A stretch of 63,773 nt of DNA, counting the filler. It is 6 parts of 6 records of this genome, joined end to end, with 100 filler letters (N's around TTAATTAATTAA, not from the genome) between each part and the next. Parts side by side here need not be neighbours in the genome. Positions count along the whole stretch, not along the records: positions 1 to 15,765 come from DRR378314_2586; positions 15,866 to 28,517 come from DRR378314_2588; 4 more parts are not named here. One strand, 5' to 3'. The translations under genes and the position numbers were made by a program. Position 1 is the stretch's first letter. Each line of letters begins with the position of its first letter. Positions 8,689 to 17,684 of this stretch are shown here, in pieces. The notes under the pieces were generated by a model. It saw nothing but the letters and a program-made list of their open reading frames with translations, ran no database searches and was not told where the DNA came from.

Positions 8689-10671
8689 ATGACCAAAAAA
8701 AGGATTCTTTACGGTTTTTTGGGCCTGATGGTGCTTTATCTGTGCTATTTGGCCTATATTTTTATTCTCTCTCCCAAGACCAATCTCCAGTCCATTTACC
8801 TAATTCCGAAGGATGCAGTTTTCATTATTGAGTCGGAACAGCCTGTGGAAAGTTGGGAAAAAATAAGCAAAGGCAAAGCTTGGCGCCACCTCAAAAAGAA
8901 CGCGTATTTTTCTGATCTCACCGAAAATATACAACGGGTAGATACGGTTTTCAACGACAATCATAAGTTGTTCGAATTTTTTGACAACCGCTCCCTTTTT
9001 ATTTCTGTTCACATGATCTCACACAAGGATTATGGGATTTTTTATGTGCTGGATCTTAAACGTATTGCTAAACTACAATTACTCAAAACTTATTTGAATA
9101 CGTTGCTGGATGATGGTTATATGCTGAGCAAACGAACCTATCACGAACATGAAATTTTAGAGGTGCACGATAGGGAAAGTAAGAAAACCATGTATCTGTC
9201 CTTTATCAAGAATCAATTGGTGGCCTCATACACCCATACCTTGGTAGAAGCTTCCATAGATCAATATCTGGAACCTGTCTTGGGTCGTAACCTCAATTTT
9301 TTAAAGATCAACCAAAAGGTGGGGCACGAGGATTTATTCCGAATGTATGTACAGTACCACTATTTTGATGATTACATAAAAATGTATTCGGACAGGCCTT
9401 CTGATTGGGTAAAACGAGTGAGCGAAAACTTTTTGTTCTCAGGTTTTTATTTTGACCTGGACGAAAACAGTACACTCACCGCCAATGGGTACACCAACAT
9501 TAGTTCCGTTAACGAGTATTATTTGGAAGCGTTGCAAAAATCCGGGACCGCCAAACGATCTATTCCAGAAGTGGCGCCCAACAGTACGGCACTTTATATC
9601 AGCTATGGATTTGATAGCTTTTCCAAATTCTACAAGAATTTTGAGATGGTACAGCAGAGTGATCCTGAGCAGTTCGAGAGTTACCAAACAAGTATTGCCA
9701 AGATGGAGAAATTCCTGAAAATCGATGTAAAGGAACATTTTGTAAGCTGGATCGGGAACGAAATTGCCGTGCTTCAAATTCAATCCCACATTACTAAAGG
9801 TAAGAATGATGTAGCCTTGGTACTCAAAGCCAACGACGCCGAAGCTGCCAAGAAAAATTTGACTTTTGTGGTAGAACAGATCCGCAAAAAGACACCCGTA
9901 AAATTCAAGGCGGTAAATTATAAGGGCTACGAAATCAATTTTTTGTCCATCAAAGGGTTTTTTAAAATATTGTTGGGTGGCAGGTTCGATGAGTTTGATA
10001 AACCTTACTTTACCCAAATTGATGACTTTGTGATCTTTAGTGACAGCCCCAATACCCTAAAGGGTATTATAGATAAAGTATCGGAGGGAGATATACTTGC
10101 GACTTCGGAAGAATTTAAAAATTTTGATCAAAGGTTCGATTCGGAATCCACTGTGTTTGTGTACGGCAATGTGCCCTTGTTCTATGATAATATGTATGCC
10201 CTGGCCGATGCTCCCACCAAACAAAAAATGCGGAAGAACAAGGATTTTATAATCTGTTTCCCGCAAGTGGGATTACAACTGAGCCCTGAAGATGATTTGT
10301 TCGAAAGCCGGTTGGTGTTGAACTATCAGGATGTGGAAGAAGTAAAGAAAGCCATCAATCTTCCGAAAAATGTCAACACAGCGACTCCCAAAAATCAAAA
10401 TACAACTTCGTCGGAAATCACCGATGCTGTTTTTGATTTGACACCCATCTACCCAACCGATTTGAATGCTAAATCGTTCAGTAAAAAATATGCAAACGGA
10501 AACATTAGGTTTGAAGTGGACCTAAAGGATGGCTTAAAGCATGGCCGTTACGAAGAATTTTATCCCGATGGCACCCGAAAGATCAGGGGTCGCTTTCGAG
10601 ATGATGTCCAGGTAGGCACTTGGCGGTACTATGATAAAAACGGAGAACAGGTTCACAAAAAGCGGTTTTAG
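8689..10671 (+). CDS. DUF3352-like membrane-anchored protein with C-terminal MORN-variant repeats
   Basis: N-terminal TM helix, IPKDAVFIIE motif, and C-terminal YANGN..., FYPDG..., GTWRYYDKNG repeats. Confidence 0.7.
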   Translation: MTKKRILYGFLGLMVLYLCYLAYIFILSPKTNLQSIYLIPKDAVFIIESEQPVESWEKISKGKAWRHLKKNAYFSDLTENIQRVDTVFNDNHKLFEFFDNRSLFISVHMISHKDYGIFYVLDLKRIAKLQLLKTYLNTLLDDGYMLSKRTYHEHEILEVHDRESKKTMYLSFIKNQLVASYTHTLVEASIDQYLEPVLGRNLNFLKINQKVGHEDLFRMYVQYHYFDDYIKMYSDRPSDWVKRVSENFLFSGFYFDLDENSTLTANGYTNISSVNEYYLEALQKSGTAKRSIPEVAPNSTALYISYGFDSFSKFYKNFEMVQQSDPEQFESYQTSIAKMEKFLKIDVKEHFVSWIGNEIAVLQIQSHITKGKNDVALVLKANDAEAAKKNLTFVVEQIRKKTPVKFKAVNYKGYEINFLSIKGFFKILLGGRFDEFDKPYFTQIDDFVIFSDSPNTLKGIIDKVSEGDILATSEEFKNFDQRFDSESTVFVYGNVPLFYDNMYALADAPTKQKMRKNKDFIICFPQVGLQLSPEDDLFESRLVLNYQDVEEVKKAINLPKNVNTATPKNQNTTSSEITDAVFDLTPIYPTDLNAKSFSKKYANGNIRFEVDLKDGLKHGRYEEFYPDGTRKIRGRFRDDVQVGTWRYYDKNGEQVHKKRF

Positions 10672-10704
10672 ATCTCTCGTCGCTTCGCTCTGTCGTAGAT
10701 GATA
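10670..10704. repeat. Degenerate GTCA-family palindrome at the DUF3352 stop codon
   Basis: AGATCTCTCGTCGCTTCGCTCTGTCGTAGATGATA resembles the reverse orientation of the AGAT...GAC unit. Confidence 0.5.
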
Positions 10705-10753
10705 AATTCCCCAACAATCACTACCTTTCTTGTCCAAACCAAACCTCCGAAAG

Positions 10754-11911
10754 ATGAAAAATCTTCTTTTTACAGCAACACTGATTGTTGCTTTTGCCTC
10801 AACTTTTGAAACCAAGGCGCAAGAACTCAATTTTCCCGAACGCTACGAAACATGGAAAACCGCAGAGAAGGGTCAATTTAAGTTTGATCAAAAAGCTTTG
10901 GACAAAGCAGTAGAATACGCTAATGCAAATGAATATTCAGGTTCCAGGGATTTGCGAATTGCGATATTGGAAGGCTTCAAACATGAACCTTTCCATGAAA
11001 TTCTAGGCCCTACCAAAAAGCGCGGTGGTCCTGCTGGAATGATTATGAAAAATGGCTATGTGCTGGCTTCGTGGGGCGATACCCAACGTGTGGACATGAC
11101 CTTTAGCGTCACAAAAAGCTTCTTATCCACAGTGGCTGGACTTGCCGAAGACCATGGTTTGATCAAGGATACCAAGGACAAAGTGGGGGACTATATTTGG
11201 GATGGTACTTTTGATGGTGCCCACAACTCCAAAATAAGCTGGGAACACCTATTGCAACAAAATTCCGATTGGTCAGGAGAATTGTGGGGCGGTAAGGATT
11301 GGGCGGACCGTCCACCGAGTGAAGGCGGTCTGGACGATTGGAAATTTCGAGAACTTAGCGAACCCGGTACCGTAATGGAGTACAATGACGTTCGTGTAAA
11401 CGTGCTAGCTTACTCTTTGACACATGTGTGGAGAAAACCGCTCCCCATGGTGCTTAAAGAAGAGGTGATGGACAAAATTGGGGCTACTACATCTTGGCGA
11501 TGGTTTGGTTATGAAAACGCTTGGACTGTAATTGATGGAATGAGAATGAAATCTGTAACCGGTGGTGGGCATTCGGGAGCTGGACTTTTTATCTCCACAG
11601 AGGATATGGCCCGATTTGGAACGTTGTTTTTGAACAATGGCAAATGGGAAGACGAACAAATCATCAGCGAAGATTGGATCAAAAAAGCCACTACGCCTTC
11701 TGTACCCAATGTAAATTATGGTTATATGTGGTGGTTGAACCAAAAAGGTGGCCGCCATTGGGATGGTGTTCCCGAACATGTGTTCTACGCTGCAGGTTTT
11801 GGAGGCAACTTTATTGTGGTGGACCAAAAAAGTGGATTGGTCATTGTAACGCGCTGGCTGGAACCTTCAAAAATTGGTGAGTTTGTAAAGCAGGTTTATG
11901 AGGCTTTGTAA
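10754..11911 (+). CDS. Secreted serine hydrolase, beta-lactamase/AmpC-like family
   Basis: Signal peptide MKNLLFTATLIVAFA, SxxK (SVTK), YND, AAGFGG motifs. Confidence 0.88.
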   Translation: MKNLLFTATLIVAFASTFETKAQELNFPERYETWKTAEKGQFKFDQKALDKAVEYANANEYSGSRDLRIAILEGFKHEPFHEILGPTKKRGGPAGMIMKNGYVLASWGDTQRVDMTFSVTKSFLSTVAGLAEDHGLIKDTKDKVGDYIWDGTFDGAHNSKISWEHLLQQNSDWSGELWGGKDWADRPPSEGGLDDWKFRELSEPGTVMEYNDVRVNVLAYSLTHVWRKPLPMVLKEEVMDKIGATTSWRWFGYENAWTVIDGMRMKSVTGGGHSGAGLFISTEDMARFGTLFLNNGKWEDEQIISEDWIKKATTPSVPNVNYGYMWWLNQKGGRHWDGVPEHVFYAAGFGGNFIVVDQKSGLVIVTRWLEPSKIGEFVKQVYEAL

Positions 11912-11912
11912 T

Positions 11913-12187
11913 ATCATTCCGTGCGATTGTTGAGCGAAGTCGAAACACGACACGGAATCTCTTAAATGTTTGAGGTTTATAGAAGACTCTTGTCTCCCTG
12001 AACTTGCCTGCCTGCCGGCAAAGGCAAGTTTCAGGGTCTCATATGTTTTGATATTGTTTTGTAATTAAAATGACACGAATTACACAAATCATAATTGGTG
12101 TCATTCTGAGCGCAGCGAAGAATCTACAATACATGGTAATGAGATGCTGAAATAAACCTGACTACCGGCAGGCAGGTTCAGTATGAC
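11913..12187. repeat. Cluster of four GTCA-family palindromes, three carrying a nested second palindrome
   Basis: Units at 11913-11960, 11992-12040, 12100-12125 and 12141-12187 lie between convergent genes; see findings. Confidence 0.85.
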
Positions 12188-12192
12188 GAACG

Positions 12193-15100
12193 CTACGCAG
12201 AAACATTCTCTTTTTGCGGCGTAAAAGGCTCCAAAACCTTCAAAGCCTTATCCACACTCGTAATCCTGTCAAACGTCAACAACAACCGTAACCCAGTTCG
12301 GGTCTGTTTTTCCTTGAGCTTGGCCTGTTGGGGATGGCTCTGTACATATTGCAGCACTTGGGTAAACACAGCACTCTGGTAAAAACTGGATTGCTGGTCC
12401 GCAATAAAGTAACCGATAAACTTACCCTTCTTCATAATCACCTTTTCCAGACCAATGTGGGTGGCAATCCATTTAATACGAACGGAGTTCAGTAAGTCTG
12501 CCGCTTGTTCGGGTAATTCTCCAAACCTATCTACCAGTTGTGCCTCGAATTTTTGAAGTCCCTCTTCATCCTCTACCTCATTCAGTTGGGTGTAGAGGTT
12601 TAAGCGTTCCGTAATATTATTGATGTAATCATCGGGGAAGAGCAGTTCAAAATCCGTGTCCAATTGCATCTCTTTCACGTACACTTTTTCCTTATCCCCC
12701 TCGACTTCGTCATACAATTCCTTGAACTCATTTTCCTTGAGTTCCTCAATGGCTTCGGAAAGTATTTTTTGATAGGTCTCAAATCCAATCTCGTTGATAA
12801 ATCCACTCTGCTCACCTCCCAACAAGTCACCGGCACCGCGAATTTCCAAATCCTTCATCGCAATATTGAAACCGCTGCCCAATTCGGTAAATTGTTCCAA
12901 GGCTTCGATACGTTTTCGCGCTTCGGTGGTCATTACTTCGTAAGGTGGGGTAATGAAATAGCAGAATGCCTTTTTGTTGCTTCGCCCCACACGGCCACGC
13001 ATCTGATGAAGATCACTCAATCCGAAATTGTTGGCGTTGTGAATGAAAATGGTGTTGGCATTGGTCACATCCAACCCACTTTCTATGATGGTGGTCGAAA
13101 CCAAAACATCAAACTCACCGTTCATAAAGGAGAGCATCAAGGTTTCCAGTTTTTTGCCCTCCATTTGTCCGTGTCCAATCCCAATTTTGGCATCGGGCAC
13201 CAAACGCTGTAGCATCCCAGCAACCTCCTTGATGTTCTCAATTCGGTTATGGATAAAGAACACTTGTCCGCCCCGTTGGATTTCATAGGATATCGCGTCA
13301 CGGATAATTTCTTCGTTCAATCGAATTACATGACTTTCGATAGGGTAGCGGTTCGGTGGCGGCGTATTGATGACGGAAAGGTCACGAGCGGCCATCAAAC
13401 TAAACTGTAGCGTCCTTGGAATCGGTGTGGCGGTCAGCGTGAGCACATCCACGTTTTCTTTGATGGAACGCAGTTTTTCTTTTACGGAAACCCCGAATTT
13501 CTGTTCCTCGTCCACAATGAGCAAGCCCAAATCCTTGAACTTTACATTTTTGTTGACCAACTGGTGCGTTCCAATAATGATATCCACTTTGCCACTTTCC
13601 AAATTCTCTAGGGTCTCCCTTTTTTCCTTCGCTGTTCTAAAGCGGTTGAGGTAGTCCACCGTAACGGGCATTTCTTTCAATCGTTCCGAAAAAGTTCTAT
13701 GATGCTGGAAGGCCAAAATGGTGGTGGGGACCAAAATAGCCACCTGTTTGCCATTGTCTACAGCCTTGAATGCTGCACGAATGGCCACCTCTGTTTTTCC
13801 AAAGCCTACATCCCCGCAGATCAATCTGTCCATGGGTCGCTCGCTTTCCATATCCTTCTTTACATCTTGGGTGCTTTTTTCCTGATCGGGAGTGTCCTCA
13901 TACAAAAACGATGCTTCCAACTCGTGTTGCAGATAGCTATCGGGAGCATATTGAAATCCTTTTTCCAATCGCCGTTTGGCATAGACTTTTATGAGGTCGA
14001 AGGCAATCTTTTTGACCCTGGCCTTGGTCTTTTGCTTGAGTTTTTTCCAAGCCGCCGAACCCAGTTTGTATATTTTGGGAGGCGCCCCGTCCTTACCGTT
14101 GTATTTCGATATTTTATGAAGCGAATGGATGCTGACGTAGAGGATATCACGGTCACCATAGATCAGTTTGATGGCTTCCTGCTTTTTGCCCTCCACATCA
14201 ATCTTCTGCAAACCACCAAACTTGCCTATACCATGATCAATATGGGTCACATAATCGCCGATTTCCAGTTTGTTGAGTTCCTTCAGCGTGATGGCCTGCT
14301 TTTTTGCATAGCCATTCTTTAAATGGAATTTGTGGTACCGCTCAAAAATTTGGTGGTCGGTATAGCAGACCAATTTGAGGTCATCATCAACAAATCCTTG
14401 GTACAAAGGAAAAATGATGGTTTGATAGTGAACCGTTTCGTCCACTTCATCAAAAATATCGTGAAAACGTTTGGCCTGTTGCTCGGTGGAGCAGAAAATA
14501 TAGTTGCTGTAACCTGCATCTCGATTATCGTTCAGATTTTCAATGAGCAAGTCAAACTTTTTGTTGAAAGCTGGTTGGGGTTTGGTGTTGAATTGGATGA
14601 TGTCACTTCGACTTCGCTCAGTGACCGTTTCTCCTGTATTTTGGTGGCTGAGCGGAGTCGAAGCCCCAATCTCGAAACATAAATAATCCTTCAATTGCTC
14701 TTTCAACAAAGCTGAATCTAAAAAAAGTTCCTTGGGCTTCGCGTGTTTGATTTCTTGACTCAACTTGGCAAAACTCTCCTCTGCTTTTTCAAAAAAGGAA
14801 TCAATACGGTCGTAGATCAGCGCAGGGTTTTTTGCAAAGACCACGGTATTGGCCGAAATATATTTTAAGAAGCTTTCCCGTGTTTCCTCGGTAAACTTGT
14901 TTTCCACATTGGGTATGATGGTAATTTTCTTCACTTTGTCGGTGGAAAGCTGGGTTTCCACATCAAAAGTTCGGATACTGTCCACTTCATCCCCGAAAAA
15001 CTCGATACGATAAGGTTCATCGTGCGAGAAGGAAAAGACATCCACAATACCTCCACGAACAGAAAATTCCCCGGGTTCGGTCACAAAATCCACCCGTTTA

Positions 15101-15615
15101 AATTGGTATTCGAACAGCACTTCGTTCAAAAAATCTAACGAGATTTCATCGCCCAATTTTATTTTTTGGGTGTTTTTGTCCAGTTCCTTTCGCGTGACCA
15201 CCTTTTCAAAAAGGGCATCGGGATACGTAACGATTATTGCCGGTTTCTTTCTGGAGTTGATGCGGTTCAATACCTCGGCACGCAGAAGTACGTTGGCATT
15301 GTCCGTTTCCTCGATTTGATAGGGTCTTCGATAGCTTCCGGGGTAAAAAAGCACATCTTTATCTCCGATCAACTGCTCCAAATCATTCAAAAGATAAGCA
15401 GCCTCTTCCTTGTCGTTCAAAATCAACAAGAATGGCGATTCGGCAGACTTGAAAGCTTCAGCGATTACAAAGGAAAGGGATGAACCCACAAGTCCTTTGA
15501 TGTTGATTTTTTGTGAAGGTGAGGATTCGTTGTTTCGTGTTTGGGCAATAGTATCCCTCAGTTTCCCAAGTTGGGGAGACTGTTCAAAAAGTTGTGAAAT
15601 CTGGGTTTTGGTCAA
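12193..15615 (-). CDS. mfd: Transcription-repair coupling factor
   Basis: UvrB-like RGGIVDVF, CarD/RID HIDHGIG, Walker A GDVGFGKT, DEEQ, TATPIPRT, QMRGRVGR, C-terminal TRCF domain. Confidence 0.98.
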   Translation of the reverse strand: MTKTQISQLFEQSPQLGKLRDTIAQTRNNESSPSQKINIKGLVGSSLSFVIAEAFKSAESPFLLILNDKEEAAYLLNDLEQLIGDKDVLFYPGSYRRPYQIEETDNANVLLRAEVLNRINSRKKPAIIVTYPDALFEKVVTRKELDKNTQKIKLGDEISLDFLNEVLFEYQFKRVDFVTEPGEFSVRGGIVDVFSFSHDEPYRIEFFGDEVDSIRTFDVETQLSTDKVKKITIIPNVENKFTEETRESFLKYISANTVVFAKNPALIYDRIDSFFEKAEESFAKLSQEIKHAKPKELFLDSALLKEQLKDYLCFEIGASTPLSHQNTGETVTERSRSDIIQFNTKPQPAFNKKFDLLIENLNDNRDAGYSNYIFCSTEQQAKRFHDIFDEVDETVHYQTIIFPLYQGFVDDDLKLVCYTDHQIFERYHKFHLKNGYAKKQAITLKELNKLEIGDYVTHIDHGIGKFGGLQKIDVEGKKQEAIKLIYGDRDILYVSIHSLHKISKYNGKDGAPPKIYKLGSAAWKKLKQKTKARVKKIAFDLIKVYAKRRLEKGFQYAPDSYLQHELEASFLYEDTPDQEKSTQDVKKDMESERPMDRLICGDVGFGKTEVAIRAAFKAVDNGKQVAILVPTTILAFQHHRTFSERLKEMPVTVDYLNRFRTAKEKRETLENLESGKVDIIIGTHQLVNKNVKFKDLGLLIVDEEQKFGVSVKEKLRSIKENVDVLTLTATPIPRTLQFSLMAARDLSVINTPPPNRYPIESHVIRLNEEIIRDAISYEIQRGGQVFFIHNRIENIKEVAGMLQRLVPDAKIGIGHGQMEGKKLETLMLSFMNGEFDVLVSTTIIESGLDVTNANTIFIHNANNFGLSDLHQMRGRVGRSNKKAFCYFITPPYEVMTTEARKRIEALEQFTELGSGFNIAMKDLEIRGAGDLLGGEQSGFINEIGFETYQKILSEAIEELKENEFKELYDEVEGDKEKVYVKEMQLDTDFELLFPDDYINNITERLNLYTQLNEVEDEEGLQKFEAQLVDRFGELPEQAADLLNSVRIKWIATHIGLEKVIMKKGKFIGYFIADQQSSFYQSAVFTQVLQYVQSHPQQAKLKEKQTRTGLRLLLTFDRITSVDKALKVLEPFTPQKENVSA
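14602..14663. repeat. Inverted palindrome doublet in frame within mfd (ASTPLSHQNTGETVTERSRSD)
   Basis: CTTCGACTTCGCTCAGTGACC (14606-14626) pairs with GGTGGCTGAGCGGAGTCGAAG (14643-14663). Same core as intergenic TGAGCGAAGTCGAA (11931-11944) and TTCGACTTCGCTCA at the contig end. Confidence 0.85.
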
Positions 15616-15632
15616 TCCAAAAAACTTTGCGG

Positions 15633-15640
15633 CAAAGATA
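15633..15640 (-). promoter_or_regulatory. Bacteroidota -7 promoter element upstream of mfd
   Basis: TATCTTTG on the minus strand, 17 nt upstream of the TTG start. Confidence 0.65.
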
Positions 15641-15685
15641 AACCGCGAAAACTTGTACTAAAAATGTTTTTTTGAGTTTCTTATC

Positions 15686-15765
15686 GTCACGCTGAACTTG
15701 TTTCAGCGTCTCACTCGGATGCGATTCCGTGTTATGCTTCGACTCATTTCGACTTCGCTCAATGA
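15686..15765. repeat. GTCA-family palindromes at the contig end
   Basis: GTCACGCTGAACTTGTTTCAGCGTCTC (15686-15712), then GATTCCGTGT...TTCGACTTCGCTCAATGA running into the gap. Confidence 0.8.
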
Positions 15766-15865
15766 NNNNNNNNNNNNNNNNNNNNNNNNNNNNNNNNNNN
15801 NNNNNNNNNTTAATTAATTAANNNNNNNNNNNNNNNNNNNNNNNNNNNNNNNNNNNNNNNNNNNN
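15766..15865. other. Artificial contig linker
   Basis: 44 N + TTAATTAATTAA (stops in all six frames) + 44 N. Confidence 0.99.
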
Positions 15866-16552
15866 CATGCAGTAATCCCCGGTCGAGGTCCAAACTTCGC
15901 CCCGCCGCACGATGAAGAAATTGCAGGCATTGGTGGTGTTTACAAACCCATGCGGATCGAGCATCAGCCCCTCGTCCGCCCCCGCCTGTTCGGCCTGCAG
16001 GCAGGCGATCACGCAGTTCAGCTTGGAATGACTGTTGTATTTGGCATCCTGGCTCATCGGCAGCCCACGCACCTGCGGCACGGTCGCCAGGCGAATGCCA
16101 TGGGCCGAGAGGCTTTCGGCCGGTTTGGAATGCTCCACGATGGCGACCACGGTCGGCCCCCACTTCGACAGGGCTGGATGTTGGAACGGCTTGGCCTTGC
16201 GCCCGCGGGTGATCATCAACCGGCAATGGGCGTCACCGGTCATGCCATTAGCCGCAGCAGTCCGGTCGAGGATGTCGCGGATATCCTCCGGCCCCATGTC
16301 GATCTCCAGCGACACCGACTTCAGTGAGTTGAACAGCCGGTCCATATGCGCGTCGAAGAACGCCCACTCACCGTCATACAGGCGCATCCCTTCCCACATG
16401 CCATCACCCAGCATGAAACCGGAGTCATAGACCGAGACCGTGGCCTCCTCCTTGGGCACGATCGCGCCGTTCACATAGATCTTGATGTGATCGTTGCGCT
16501 CATCGGCTTCGGCGTCATGGGTGGAATGGGTGGGGCTCTGGTCCAGTATCAT
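15866..16552 (-). CDS. PLP-dependent aminotransferase class IV (BCAT/D-amino-acid aminotransferase-like), 3'-truncated
   Basis: Start MILDQSPTH; DSGFMLGDGMWEGMRLY, HMDRL, KLN, DEGLMLDPHGFV...NFF motifs. Confidence 0.88.
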
Positions 16553-16626
16553 GCGGGATCTCGTCTGTTGTCTCTTTGCAGGCAGACAGACCATGCGCCC
16601 GCCCGGCTTGGCAAGGGGCGGCGGGA

Positions 16627-17538
16627 TTATCCGTCCAGAACAGGCGGATGCGCGGTGGCCTCTGTCCGGATGAACTGGTGCAGCGCCCTTGCCGCGTCCG
16701 AGGTCAAGAGGCTGCTGTCGGAAATGGTGCAGACCCAGGGGCACGGGCCCACCTGCCCCAGCGGCGCCACCAGCCGCCCCGCGTCCAGCCCGGCACGGGC
16801 GAAGACGCCCGGCACCACCGCCACCCCATGCCCTGCCTCGGCCAGCGCAATGACCGAGCCGAAGGTATTCGCCTGACACGCGCCCTCCGCCCCCGGATCC
16901 GCGGTGGCGACCGGCAGACCGAGGCGCTGGAACACCTGCAACCACACTTCTGTGCGCCCAAGGCTGTGGATCAAGCGCGCCCGTAGCAAATCCTCCGGCG
17001 CGTCGATCCCGCCGATCTGCGTCAGGTACCCCGGTGCGCAGACCGCCACCATCTGGTCCTGCCACAGCGGCAGGCTGGCGCGATCCAGCGCCTCTTTATA
17101 CACGTTGGTCAGGATGATGTCGGCAATCTCCGGCGGCTCATCCACCCAGACGCGGCCATGGATGGTCACCGCTGCGCCGGGATGCTGCACGCCGAACCGG
17201 GCCACCAGATCCGCCAGCCAGTGATCCACCAGGCTGACCGGGCATGAGATCACCACCCGCTCCGCGCCACGCCGCCGCAGGATCGCGTGGGTCGCCTGCT
17301 GCACCTGCTGCAAGGCCTGCTGCACCCCCGGCAGATAGGCGTTGCCCAGCGACGTCAGCGTCAGGGAGCGCGGGTGGCGCGCGAACAGCGGCCCGCCGAT
17401 ATACTGCTCCAGCGCGCGGATGTGGCCGCTGACGGCGGCCTGGGTCAGGTGCAGCTCCCGCGCCGCCTCGGTAAAGCTGAGCAACCGGGCCGAGGCCTCG
17501 AAGGAGCGCAGATAATTCAGCGGCGGCAGATCCTGCAT
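16627..17538 (-). CDS. LysR family regulator (GcvA-like)
   Basis: LPPLNYLRSFEASARLLSFTEAARELHLTQAAVSGHIRALE helix-turn-helix. Confidence 0.93.
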   Translation of the reverse strand: MQDLPPLNYLRSFEASARLLSFTEAARELHLTQAAVSGHIRALEQYIGGPLFARHPRSLTLTSLGNAYLPGVQQALQQVQQATHAILRRRGAERVVISCPVSLVDHWLADLVARFGVQHPGAAVTIHGRVWVDEPPEIADIILTNVYKEALDRASLPLWQDQMVAVCAPGYLTQIGGIDAPEDLLRARLIHSLGRTEVWLQVFQRLGLPVATADPGAEGACQANTFGSVIALAEAGHGVAVVPGVFARAGLDAGRLVAPLGQVGPCPWVCTISDSSLLTSDAARALHQFIRTEATAHPPVLDG

Positions 17539-17578
17539 CGTCGTCCTTTCCCGCATGCAAGCCACCTCATCGACGGCC

Positions 17579-17611
17579 CATGACCCCGGCTTCATGAGGT
17601 CATAGGGGTCA
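17579..17611. promoter_or_regulatory. Dyad-symmetric site between divergent LysR and mttB-like genes
   Basis: CATGA-N8-TCATG overlaps TGACCCC-N17-GGGGTCA. Position fits a LysR site, but spacing is not canonical T-N11-A. Confidence 0.35.
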
Positions 17612-17684
17612 GATTGTCCATGTGTCAAGCGCCGCGCCGCTGGTTAGGCTTGCGCGAAACAGCACATGAAGGACCTTGGACCAA

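Noticed and set aside
11913-12187. Possible CRISPR array (repeats of ~27 nt with spacers)
   Set aside because: Units differ in sequence and orientation, spacing is irregular, and no cas genes are present; fits REP-like elements.
15766-15865. TTAATTAATTAA palindrome repeated five times, and ORFs ending in X...LIN
   Set aside because: Artificial linker with stops in all frames; ORFs running into it are artefacts.
16553-17065. Gly/Arg-rich N-terminal extension of the aminotransferase ORF
   Set aside because: Alternative frame of the LysR gene; the real start is near 16552.
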